Position numbers and translations under genes: made by a program | In this document: positions 1-11,056 of the stretch, piece after piece | How positions within the stretch are numbered: the first letter of the stretch is position 1 | Layout: every line of letters begins with the position of its first letter | Assembly (NCBI GenBank): GCA_013265495.1 | Contig: MU058781.1 | Span: forward strand, 1,902,963 to 1,966,962 | DNA: 64,000 nt | Reading direction: 5' to 3' | Source of the DNA: Vicugna vicugna | Taxonomy: Eukaryota | Notes under the pieces: model-generated | Told to the model about the DNA's origin: nothing | Seen by the model: the letters and a program-made list of their open reading frames with translations, nothing else | Database searches by the model: none

Positions 1-10
1 GCTCTCCTAC

Positions 11-22
11 CTTATACTTCAT
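11..22 (-). CDS. NEDD9: NEDD9 proximal first coding exon, coding part (M-K-Y-K); the rest of the CDS lies left of the window
   Basis: Minus strand reads gctgccgag ATG AAG TAT AAG|gtagga, with G at -3 and a phase-0 GT donor at 10-9. It matches the known NEDD9 N-terminus MKYK-NLMARALYDN. The alternative MWAR exon found 59 kb upstream supports the call. Confidence 0.92.
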
Positions 23-300
23 CTCGGCAGCGGGGAATTGAGCCGTTTTCCTACACTAGTTACACTGCATTAAGCACTGGCGAGTCCGTCCCTCCATCGA
101 GCGCTGGGCTAAATGAGAGAAGCGCCCGGGCTCGGCCGCTAGTCAGTCGCAGCGCGCGGAGCTCCGGCGCAGCTACGCCCGCCAAGCCTCTGAACTCACT
201 GTTTTTTGCTCGAGGCGGGCGGAGCGCGGGCCTCATTTGCATCCCGACTCCCCATTGGCTAGTGGGCCAAGGTAACGCGGATGCTCCGCCCACCCTTAAC
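23..300 (-). promoter_or_regulatory. NEDD9: CpG-rich 5'UTR and core promoter of the NEDD9 proximal transcript (TSS probably near 200)
   Basis: High CpG density. GC boxes at 217-222 and 286-291, octamer ATTTGCAT at 235-242 and CCAAT box (ATTGG) at 254-258, all just upstream of the MKYK exon. The TSS position is inferred. Confidence 0.8.
56..97 (-). other. Upstream ORF MEGRTRQCLMQCN* in the proximal 5'UTR, in frame with the NEDD9 ATG
   Basis: ATGs at 97 and 70, TAG at 58-56. The offsets 97-22=75 and 70-22=48 are both multiples of 3. Confidence 0.6.
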
Positions 301-527
301 TCCCGAAAACTGACAAAGAACTTGTAATGTGATCATTTCTTTTTATATTGTCAGAAAGGATGGAAAATAAAGCGGGGAACCGTCCCGAACCTTACTCCAC
401 CCCCGCCCCCACCAAAAAAAAAAAAAAAAAAAGAAGAAAAAAGAAAAGAATAAGAAACCGGGAAAAGGAGATATATTCTTTTTAAGATTAACCTAAGTTT
501 TAAAGAAATCGAATTCACAAAGCAGTC

Positions 528-558
528 TGACAGTCGCGCTTCCTGTGACCTGGCAACT
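528..558 (-). promoter_or_regulatory. Candidate composite nuclear-receptor (retinoic acid) response element
   Basis: Minus strand AGTTGC-c-AGGTCA-cagga-AGCGCG-a-CTGTCA: one perfect and three degenerate half-sites with 1-5-1 spacing. NEDD9 is a known RA-responsive gene. Confidence 0.4.
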
Positions 559-578
559 CCTTCATAAACCCATTTCAT

Positions 579-1031
579 TTCAAAGCCATTCACCTCACAA
601 TCTCTACATGAAACGAACTCGGGGAACAAAAGGTTTTCTGTCTCCGGGTCCCTTTTTACTAACTACCCCTGCTGATATCTCTCTCTCTCTTTCTCTCCTC
701 CCTCCCCTCCTCTTTCTTGTGGCTGTTTGCTTTTTTTGTTCTTTTCAATGTTCAAAGTACTTGCAGTGTCAGTCTGCAAAGAGCCGGAATACAATTCTCC
801 CTTAGTGAAAAGGAACTCCCTAGCACTGGCACCAGGGATTCCCTCGCCGGCTTCTCACGAGGGCCCCACGGGGCTGTGTCTACCACATTCAGTGACCTTC
901 TCTGGCTTTGCTGAGGATAAAGGTTAGATGTGACCTCTCGGATGGGGTGGCCAGTGCATGCCCTATATGTTATCACTGCCCACCAAGTACTGTGCTCTTT
1001 GATGGCTGGGATTTCTAGCTCCAGCTTTGAA
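579..1031. promoter_or_regulatory. Cluster of four TCF/LEF consensus sites in the proximal promoter
   Basis: TTCAAAG at 579-585 and 751-757, CTTTGAT at 997-1003, CTTTGAA at 1025-1031. Confidence 0.45.
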
Positions 1032-2159
1032 CACTGCTGTTTTTCCTTCTGACCTCTCTCCTGAAGATGACCCATTAACCCTCCAACACTTATTATCCGG
1101 GGAACAAAAAAATGCCCACTGTTTGATGAGCCTGGTTAAAAAGACCAGTCTTTTTCTAGTGAAGCACAGAACATTTGGTTCAGCCTCATGCTTTCTATAG
1201 AGAGAGCCATCACCCAGGAGAGTACAGAAATGGTCACCTTCAGTAGCTCTTCTGGGGGACAGAGCAGTGAGGGGAAAATTCCTTTTCATGGGGCCTCAGG
1301 ATTGAGACTTGGTGAGTGCAGACAATAGCTGTCCCTGAATGGGATGGACTCCAACCAGACTACATGACTTGTATGGAAAAATCAGCCCTTACATTTTTCC
1401 TGACCAAGTTGGATCAGTATCAGTTTGATTTTTCACCCGCTCCCAATTCCCAATAGGGATTAAAATTTACTTTTACGATCTAAGTAAAAAGAACAGGAGA
1501 GCAGCTGTCCTACAAAAGTGGTTTCTAGATACAAGGCTCATAGTTTAGATCATGGTTTAATGTGGCACAGATTCCCTGGACAGGCCCCCCAGGTGGTCAT
1601 AATGAGGTTGACACACTGGTTTGGGGCCTCTAGTCGGCCTCCTTCCCTCATTTATCCTTAGAGTGACAATTAACCTGAGTGATTCTGCAAGGTCTTTCTG
1701 AACACACAGTAAATACAGGACATACTGCGTTGTCTGGATCTTCCGAACAGTCCCACAGACTTATGGGAGAGTCATTAGCTTGCAGGAAATTGTTTTTGGT
1801 GTCTGCCTGGATCAGCCAAAGTCCTTCTCATCTGTAAGATGAGTCTTGTGGCCTACAGGAGATCTAGATAACATTCCTTCAGCTTCCTAAGCAGTAAAGC
1901 TGAATTTGCCTTCTGTTTTGACTGCTATTAAGGAGTGAACACTAGCTAACCCTATTTTAATGCTTTCAAACAGTTCCCCCAAGCATATACTAGGGTTTTT
2001 TTCTATTCTCTTGGTAAAAAAAAAAGCTTAATTCACACCAAGTGGCCCTCCTGCTTGCCTATTTCTAACCTGTACAGAATATACCTGAAAATCTACCTGA
2101 AGTTCATTTCAAGATGGTTTGGGTCATTGCATTGTTAGTTACAGAAAGAAAAGCAAGAG

Positions 2160-2350
2160 GGTGTTGGAGTCACGTAAACCTGTGTTAGACTTTCTAACTT
2201 CCTCATTCTGGTGTCCTGAAGTGTGAAATAGAGAAAATAATAATACCAGCCTGCTAGGGTTATAATGAAGATTAAATGAGATCATGTGGATAGAGGTTAA
2301 TAGCGTCTGGTGCATAGTAAGACCTCAATAAATGGTTGTTTATTAGTATT
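2160..2350 (+). mobile_element. MIR SINE remnant
   Basis: MIR core-like aataataccagcctgctagggttataatgaagattaaatgagat...tcaataaatggtt, followed by AT-rich low-complexity sequence to ~2510. Confidence 0.7.
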
Positions 2351-2594
2351 ATTACCATTATTCTTATTTTAATATTAAATTTATGATATATTTTATTACT
2401 ATATCACATAACACTGTAAATTAAATACATGTTAATATATATTCTATAAATATATACATTATTTTATTTAATTATTATGTTAATTATAACTGTATCACTA
2501 TTAGACTGTTACTGATATCTTAAGTGTGGTGGGCATTCAGAAAACGGTGGCTGAATCCCCTCATCTCTGTGCTGTCCTCTCATAGGGCAGCTTT

Positions 2595-3125
2595 CTCATT
2601 TAACAAATATCAGTTCATCACCTGCCATGTGCCCGGTGGAGTTCCAGGTGGGGAGGATACAGCAGTCCAGAGAAAGCTCTTACCCTCACGGAGCTGATAG
2701 TCCAGTGGGCATGGAGGACAACAATTAAATGAATATATAGTACAATTTTGGAGGGGCGAATGCCATGAAGAAAAATTAAGCAGGAAAACTGTTAGAGCAG
2801 GGTGCATAAGGGGTTCTTATTTTACAGAGAGTGGTTGTGTAAGCCACTCTAAGGAGGTAACAGTGAAGCAAAAATCTGAATAATATGAGGAATCCACTCA
2901 GAGATCAGGGGAAAGAACATTCCAGACAGAGGAAGTGTCCCATGGAAAGGGCCCAAGATATGAATGAGCTTGGTGTGTTTAAGAACAGCAAGCAGTCCAG
3001 GATGCCGGCAGAGGGGTGCCCAAGGGAGGGGCAGGGAAGGCGAGCTCCGAGATGGAGTGGGAGCCACTGGGACTTTCTCCTGAGTGTGACAGTCACTGGA
3101 GCATTCTGAGCAGGGAATGGTATGA
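2595..3125 (-). mobile_element. L2 LINE 3' fragment
   Basis: Reverse L2 3' end catttaacaaatat...ccctcacggagctgatagtccagtggg...gaacattccagacagagg...gaacagcaag. Confidence 0.7.
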
Positions 3126-3491
3126 TTTCTTTCTCTCTGTTTTTACCCTTTGTTTAAACATCAGGGGTAGCAGACTACTAATTAAAATACTGATCACATT
3201 CTGAGTGCAGCTTGCATCATGCTGATGGCTGTGACTTTATTAGTGTCATCTAGTATGTTCCCTTCAAAACCTTTTGGGGAAACACAAATTCAATGAATAG
3301 AGAAACAACCCCGTCCCCATCTATTACCTGAGATTTTGGATGCAAAGGTACTATTTAAACTGTTCTATATAAACACTGTAATTAAATTATGCAGCCATCC
3401 TACTGCTCCCGAGGGTAGCCTCCTAAAATGGGCCAGGACACCGGGGCTCGGACATTAACCTGTGTTCACCAGCACACTGTCAGCCTGTCAG

Positions 3492-3510
3492 CCCTGCCAC
3501 CTGCCGGTTG
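3492..3510 (-). promoter_or_regulatory. Candidate CTCF site
   Basis: Minus strand CAACCGGCAGGTGGCAGGG fits the CCRSYAGRKGGCRS core. Confidence 0.35.
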
Positions 3511-4189
3511 CCTGCCAAGGGCTTTATCTCCCCAGATGCTCGTGCAGGCACGAGCAAGGGAAATGGCACTGATGACATCCAAACGGTTTTCCAGCTGCCA
3601 CTGGGCACTGGCGTGGATACAGCAAAAACTCAGAGGGGATGCTAGAGGGAAGAGATTATTCTGTCCACAGCTTGGGAGGAGGCAATGTGGCTACTCTCTA
3701 AGAGGGAAGGGCAAAGTCAGAGCATGTGAGGGCAGGAACTGACCTCGGGAATCACTCAGTCCAGCCCCTGGTAGGGAGGACGAAGCTGCTGCTCTGGGGG
3801 TGCCCTGCCCAGAGGCCACCAGTTTGGATCATAACCACAGTCAGTGCTTTAGGTCAGTCTGCTGTATCTCCTGTCTGATTTATTCCAGTCATTCCTTTTA
3901 GTCTCCGTGCCTGAAACCTCCCGTGCTCTAATCTATATTCCACGTCACTACATGCTTAATTTCTAGAATACAGAGCCAATCACATTACTACTACATTTAA
4001 AAAAAAAAAAAACCCTCTGGGAACATTCCAATGCCTTAAAAAGCAAAACTTGCACTTTGGCATGAACTATAATCAGAGCCCTCTCCCTTTCTGGCCTCAG
4101 CTCCCACCATCCCCCCACCCCACATCCCACACTCCAGCCACACATTCGCTGGGAGGAAGGGGGGACTCACAGATTCCGAGACCTGCTTG

Positions 4190-4528
4190 TCCTCTCCTGA
4201 CTTTGCACAGATGGGTCCGTCTGCCCAGAACAGCCTCCCTTCACTCTTCTGCTCTCAAGCCTGGTCCCAACACTAACTCCTTTGTGCTTCCTTGTCTATA
4301 GCCCCCACCCGGCCCACCTCGCCCTTTCAGAACTAATTCCGCCCTCCTTTTACTATGCCCCCATTGTCCTTGGAACACGGCCCTATTAGAAGGCTCTTGC
4401 ACATTGTATCATGATGCTTTATTGATGAATGTTTCCCCAGCTTCCAGGTGAGCTGGCATCTTATTCAACTCTGTGTCCCCTGCAGGCTTATACCTAACAG
4501 GAGCTTAAATGCTTGCTGAATGAATAAG
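4190..4528 (+). mobile_element. L2 3' end remnant
   Basis: Ends with tgcttgctgaatgaataa; internal ctttgcaca...tctgcccagaa and ttattcaactctgtgtcccc. Confidence 0.55.
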
Positions 4529-4729
4529 AGGACAACACAACTTCAAAGAATGTGTGTGATCCTGAGGTTCCGCCCGGTGTCCGGGAAGGGAGCGGGGGAA
4601 ACCCGTGTCTGAGGGCAGTCCTGCCGTTTCGTTTTCTGGACGTGGAGCTGGGCTGCACCTCTTCAGGACCAGCTCGAGGCCTGCTGCCAGCTCTGACCCT
4701 TGGGTGGGGGTCAGTCCAATAACAAAGTT

Positions 4730-4885
4730 TTGTGGCCCGCCTGCTTTTATATGACCTATGAGCTAAGAATAGATTTTACATGTTTAAATGGTTGGAACAA
4801 AATCCAAAGAAGGATCACATTCCGTGAGATCTGAAAAAAAAAATAGTGTCAAATTCAAATTTCAATGTCTACAATGAAAATAAAA
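4730..4885. mobile_element. MER58-like hAT-Charlie DNA transposon fragment
   Basis: tgagctaagaatagattttacatgtttaaatggttg...aaattcaaatttcaatgtc. Confidence 0.6.
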
Positions 4886-5351
4886 CCCTACGAGGTGGGC
4901 TGTCGTGTTCTGGTTTTCCATGGAACTGATACTCGGGGAGGTTCTCCAGCTTGCACACAGGTACAGGCGGGGGCGGCAGGCCTGGCTCCCAGGTCAGCGT
5001 GATACGGCGGCCAGGCTCCCCCTGGGCGCCTTCGTTATCTGAGCCCCCAGTTGTCGATTCAGCAAAGCAGCGCCTCCACCCTCGTGGGGCTAAGTCTATC
5101 TGAGGAACAGGTGTTGTTCTCAAGTGATGACTAAGGCTGGTAGTGTGCACACAAACACACACCTCATTCAGTGTACTTTCAGGCGTGTGTGTGTGTGTAG
5201 TCCTTCTTGCCTAGACTGCCTTCCTTTCCTCATCTGATTTAGATCCCATCTTTCCCCCAGTTTGCACTCCATCTCCCTCATGGAGCCTTTAAAATCTCTC
5301 CATTTTTGATCTTCCCTGACCTCCCTGTGTCTTTCATCACCTATGGCCTAG

Positions 5352-5500
5352 GTCAGTGCTTCCCACATCTGGCCTCCCTTAAGACCTGGCTATGAATGCC
5401 CCAACTTCTCCCCTTTAAGTTGGATTCAGTAGACCTGGTGTGAGGCCTTGGAATCTACACGTGTAAAAGGTCTTCGAAGGATCCTGGGTTCAGTGTGAGA
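5352..5500. mobile_element. MER5-like DNA transposon remnant
   Basis: cagtgcttccca...gattcagtagacctggtgtgaggccttggaatct. Confidence 0.45.
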
Positions 5501-8500
5501 GTCTCCTCCATAAAGAGATTTTAAGCGACTCGTGGAAGAGGATCCTATTTTCCCTTCAGCCATAGCCCATTCTGCACCTGCTGGGTAATTGCGTCTCATC
5601 CTAGGTCTTCTCAAAGCCCTATGTCCCGTCCAGGCACCCAGCCTTCATCGATGTCACTGTGAAGGACATAAGTCACCTTTGAGCAGGCGGGAGAAAGAAC
5701 ACCTCTCACTCGGGGCAGAAGCTCATTTCTATCTGTCGAGCTGGTCAAGCTCTTGGCATGAATGCAAGTTTATTATTAGAGAGACACTCAGCCCAGTCTC
5801 CAGGGCTTCCTGCCTCATGTGCTGTGGGTGGAGCTTTCATTCACTTTCTCTCCACTAATATTTTGGCACGAGAGACCCCATGAAAGTCACCCAAACCCCA
5901 CCCATCTTCCCCTCTTTTCACAGCAGCGTCCTACAGAGAATCTCTGTTTTCTGGAAGAGTCGTTAAAAGCACCGCTTGAACATATTCGTTTCTGCAGATG
6001 GGTGGTGGTGTTTACCAAAAAGGCTTGTTGACTCATGGTCCCCGAATTACTTCTGATTTGGTTCCTCCCTAACTTATTTCTTATTTTCGCTCAGTGACGA
6101 GCCACCTGGGGTGGGGTGGGGCTCTGAGCAGATTAGAAATGGTTCCTCCAGATCTCACTTCACCGCATGACATGGTGGATTCCCACACTGTGAAGACTTT
6201 ACAAGGTCTGACTGCCCCTTTTCACTCGGTCAAGTTTATGAGTGTGTCATTGTCACCATCCTTTTAAAAATCCACCACACTCTTTCCCCCACCCCACTTG
6301 CCACTGCCCTCTGCCTTCCATCCCAGACTCCTTGAGGTGGCTTTTAACTTTCTCAAGGGCGAAGTGCTAAAATTGAGAGTCTCAGGCCCTTCTCAGTCCT
6401 TGATGAACCCTGAAAGAATACATGTAACACCATGTCACTAAGGTGTTACTAAAAAACTACAGAGACTCCTGTAAATGGGGTGATTGACCTGATTTTTGAA
6501 AAACTTGTATGACTGTAAAGTTTCTAATGTTTTAGATATATACATACATATATATACACACACACATTAATAGTGTTATTATAATTTTGGAATACTTAAT
6601 TACTACCTTTTTTCTCTGAAAGAACTAAAAAAGGAGATTAAATTATATGTTTAGTAAATTCACTCAACTCTAGTGAAATATGACAAGCATTTGTGAGACT
6701 GAATTTTAACATTTAGTATTTTCTTCACATGAAGGATTTGGGGGCGATAACTTAGGGGTGAAATGATAAGAAAAGTTAGAAACACATAATAAAGATTTAG
6801 GTTGCTTTAACTTTAACAAAGGCTTACATCTCTACTGTTTATATGTATCCATCTGGGCAAAGGAACGGAGTTTAGTGGAGCAGAAGGAGTTTAGCAGTAA
6901 GCCTGCGCAGACTCCAGCCCTGAGGTGTTATGTTACTGCACGCTTTACTTGGTCCAAGTAAACAATGTGTTAGGTGAAACTGTCCTAGAAATCTCTTTGG
7001 CTGGTAGAAACTTCGACTGCATGTTTTCACCAAGGTCCAGGTGATCTGCCAAGACCAAAGAGACAGGAGTTCCACGACTAGACAGAGGATGGCCCCTCCT
7101 CTTCTGAAGAAATGGTCCAACACAGTGACATTGCTGCATAATGTGTATTAAATCAAAAGGGACAAAGGCACCGTGTCTCCTTCTTGGTAACTCTTGTTCT
7201 CCTTTTACATATTCTTATAGCTGAAGATTCTACCTGACCCCTCCTCGCACCCGTATCATCACTGTCTATATGCTAGGACCTGATAACATGGCGTGATAAG
7301 CTGGGGCTCTGAAAACCCTCCCCATCCTCCACACTTTGCTACCATCTAGGTAGAGTAAGCACAGAGCTTTACGGACTGTGCCCTCAAATCCTGGATGGGG
7401 CTGGATGTTCCGTTTCCAATCCACTCCTGAGCTTTGCCATTCTCCAGACACACGGCTGCTAAAAGGCACCCTCCACATCCCACATCAGCATGACTCCAGG
7501 ATGGAGATGGGTGGGGAAGAACTGCGGGGGACATGGGGTGGGTGCTTTAAACATCAAATAGTCACTCAACTGGCAGCACAGGATAAACCATTTCTTTAGG
7601 GTTGGGAGATGCAATCCCTGCCTTCATCAGCTGAGGCCTGTGACTGTCCCACAGGCCCTGCCCCAGGGCACCTGGTTCGTCTGGCCAGCCCCGGTGGCCG
7701 CCAGCTGGCGCTGATGAGTGAGTACTAGGAATCTGAGTGATGCAGGGCCTGGGGGAGGGGAGGCAGAGGGGGAGGGCAGGATGAGAGGAATGTGGCCGAG
7801 GGACCAGCGTGCGGCCCCGCACTGTTCAATCTAAGCTTTTGAAGAGCTTGATTCATTTTAGAAAGCAAACAAAGCACTCCAGCTATCAGCAATCTTTTAT
7901 TTTGTCTGCTGGAGGAGTGCCTTTCCAGCGTGGGCCAGAGACGAGGCGGCGGCGGAGACACCCGTGTCCACCCTTGACTTGCCGGCGTGTGTGGACGGCG
8001 CATTCCTTTCTGCCCACTGAAGCCGGGAAGTAAAGAGCAGCTCTCTTCTTTGTCAGAGAAGCCAGAGAGGAGCCGGCTAACGAGGAGCAGGCACCAGACT
8101 TTAAGGCTCACTTACTCACACTGAGGTTTACAGATGTTCAGTACAAGTGCCCTTAATTTGCTTAAGTCCTGGCACCCTGTGATTTCAGACCAAAGGATGT
8201 AGACAAGGGAGGGAGGCTGCAAGGGTTTTCTTGAACTTCGATGCCTGCGGGTTCTCATGACTCATGCTCCAAGCAGCCTATGGAGCTTCTGGCCTTCAGG
8301 AGGGCGGAGAGTTGGGAGAAAGGGCAAAGCCACGGCTCTCCCGTCTCTAGAAGGTGGAGGCCACGTGCTCCTCACCTTTAGAGTTCCCCATCTCAAAATC
8401 GCTCTCTATCTTTAAAAGCCAATTTCTATGCAATTCTGGTCACCAGGGAAAAAAAGCTTTCCCTCGTTACCTGATGGTTGTGCGCTTTTTATCCTCCCCT

Positions 8501-8596
8501 CTCAAGTCCACTGCGGGACCCGGCTCCCCACCTTGTCCCCTGATCTTTCACATCCCGCCTCCTACAAGGACCTGCACGCCTTCCTCATCCAAAACA

Positions 8597-8903
8597 CAGA
8601 TCCATGGTTCCTTGTTCAAAAACCTGGAGGCCAGACGAGTCATGGAATTCAGAATATTTCAGCTTTTAGAAACAGACTTAGCATCTATATGGCATGCTAC
8701 GAAACCTCCAGTGGGCCGCGGGCCTGCGTCCAGAACACAGAGTCATTCACATTTCGGCAGATGTACGAATATTCACACCAAGGCAGGCAAAAGAATATGT
8801 ACACCTGGGGCCAGTCCAGGTCAGGTTTTGCTGCCAAGTGAAGTATAAAAGAACTCTAGATTTTTATACTTTGTAATCGTGGATGAGCCAGCACGGACCA
8901 CTG
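8597..8903 (+). mobile_element. MER46C-like Tigger-family DNA transposon
   Basis: ggccaga...ggaattcagaatatttcagcttttagaaa...gaatattcacac...caggtcaggttttgctgccaa. Confidence 0.6.
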
Positions 8904-9170
8904 ACAGCCTCCAGTTCCTCAGGACCCGCCTCTGCCACCTCTCCTTCCCCTAGCACCACACCAAGCGCTCTGCTCTGTTCCTGTCTTTCACTTGCCACCA
9001 CCAGTGAGCCGTCCAGTCCTGGCCTCCCATTCTGTCCTCCTCGCCTCTGCCTCTGCCACCCACTCCACCCGCCGCCACGCAGGCCAGCGCCTCCCCAGCT
9101 CTCCGCTGTGAAGTCCCAGTGTCTTCCATTCTCAAGCCATCATGAACCACTTAAAAACACATGACTAGAG

Positions 9171-9240
9171 GGGTAGAGCACATGCTTAACATGTAGAAAG
9201 TTCTAGATTCACTCCCTAATACTGCCATTTAAAAAAAAAA
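9171..9240 (+). mobile_element. 5'-truncated tRNA-derived SINE (camelid Vic-1-like)
   Basis: ggtagagcacatgcttaacatgtagaaagttctagattcactccctaatac followed by poly(A). Resembles the A/B-box region of the camelid tRNA-SINE. Confidence 0.55.
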
Positions 9241-9505
9241 GTAAGTTACTAGAAAAATGGACATAGGAAATACAAGCCTGGTCTGTTGTTATTATTACCG
9301 AATTCAACCACCGCGGTCCTGGGCGGTGTATGGCCTGGTGTGGGTCTGCATATTGCATCTTGAGGCCCCTCTTGTCCAAGGTGGGGTCTGTCCTCAGTCC
9401 CTTGTGTCCCCCAGCCTCTGACATTCTCCGCCACCTGTCTTGAAACAGCCTCCTTGGCTTCGGCAGCAGTGGGCTCTTCCTGGTCTTTAACCTGTTCCAC
9501 TGATA

Positions 9506-9736
9506 CAGTCGGCACACCCGCCCTCTGTACCCACGGGTTCCAAATCCACGGATTCAACCAACCACGGATGGTGTGGTATTTTCTACCCACCAGTGATTGA
9601 CTCCGAAAATTCGGGACCCGCACATATAGAGGGTAGACTGGGTGGGACTAGAGCACCGAGGATTTTGATATCTGTGGGGTGGGGTGGGTAGGGAGGTCCT
9701 GGAACCAATCTCGCTACGGACACCCACAGACCACTG
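9506..9736 (-). mobile_element. MER2-family (Tigger) DNA transposon
   Basis: TA|cagtc left end; ggattcaaccaaccacgga; gggactagagcaccgaggattttgatatc...ggtcctggaaccaatc. Confidence 0.7.
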
Positions 9737-9962
9737 CAAATCAGCCTTCTTTTCAGGCTGCCTTTCCCCAAGTTTGCATCCTCAGCCCTTTTTTGTCTCT
9801 TTTTTCTCCTGTATCCATCTTATCCCCTCCAACGACTTCTACTCTCATTTTTATGTTGATGACAATCACATCCCCTGGCTTGTGTTCTGAGATCTCAGCT
9901 CACATTTCCTCCTACACCCAGATACTCCAGAGGCTCCCCATAAACTCCTCACAGTCACATCT

Positions 9963-10324
9963 TGTAATGGTTAATTTTATGTGTCAACCTGGCTAGGCCA
10001 CAGTACCCAGTTATTTGGTCAAATACTAGTCTAGACATGCTGTGGAGATATTTTTTCAATGAGAAAAACATTTAAATTGGTAGACTTTGTAAAGCAGTTA
10101 ACCTCCATCATGTGGGTGGGCCCATCTAATCAGCTGAGGGTCTTAAGAGAAAAAAGACTGACGTGCTTCCAGAAAGAAGAAAACTGCTCCAGGAGGCCTT
10201 TGGACCCGAGCTGCACCATCACTTCTTCTCTGGGTCAAAAGCCTGCTAGCCTGCCCTGCAGATTTTGGACTTCTAGCTTGCAGCATCATGTGAGTCAATT
10301 CCTTAAATCAATCTCTATGTACAT

Positions 10325-10366
<42 letters not shown>

Positions 10367-10414
10367 CCTATTGGCCTATTTGTTCCAATTCTTTGGAGAA
10401 CCCTGGCTAATTCT
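9963..10414 (+). mobile_element. MLT2 (ERVL) solo LTR, inserted in an L2 remnant
   Basis: tgtaatggttaattttatgtgtcaacctggctaggcc...tggagaaccctggctaat, with (CA)n at ~10327-10362. Confidence 0.85.
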
Positions 10415-10599
10415 CATTTGAACTTTCCACTGAAACAGTGTCTACTTCTAGCTGTTCTGTCTGTGATGCTGCCATTGTCCCAGGTACCTAGAATCAGAAG
10501 TTCAAACTGATCTTTTGTTTCTTCTTCCCTCCTCTTCCCACATCTGATCAGCCATGTCAACCCTATACCCTCAGTATTTATGGCATTAATACCCCCTTT

Positions 10600-11056
10600 C
10601 CATTCATTCACCAGGGGAGATCTCCAACCGCTGGTTGTCAGGCCTGGTCTGTCACAGACTGTATTCCCACATTCGCCACAGCGATTGGCCCAAGAACTTG
10701 GCATGTGAGCCAGACAGAGTGACTCTGAGACCTTTGAGATTTTTGTAAATGAAGCTTGGGAGAGAGAGGGCCTCTCTTTCTTTGGATCATAAACTGTAAA
10801 TGTCTGCTTGGCAGCAAACATCTTTTCCTCATTGTAGAGAGTGTCCGTAGCAAGGAAGAATGAGTTCACACACAAAAGAAGCAAAGTTATTTGGAGTGGA
10901 GGAACGGAAGGAAGCCTGATGCTGTTGTCTGAGCATCTGGATCCAGCCATACCTGAAGTCTCTGCTTAATCCAATTCCTAAAGCAATAAACACACTTTTC
11001 TGCTTAACCTAGCTGGGGCTGAGCTTATTGAACTTGCAGCTACAGTGTCCTGACTG
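10600..11056 (+). mobile_element. MLT1 (ERVL-MaLR) LTR remnant
   Basis: gattggcccaag...ggcatgtga...ctggatccagccatacctgaag...aataaacacacttttctgcttaacctagct...tcctgact. Confidence 0.65.

Noticed and set aside
231..260. Octamer as the distal element of an snRNA gene
   Set aside because: No PSE or snRNA body nearby. It is explained as part of the NEDD9 promoter.
9171..9240. tRNA gene
   Set aside because: Truncated, degenerate and poly(A)-tailed, so it is a tRNA-derived SINE rather than a cloverleaf.
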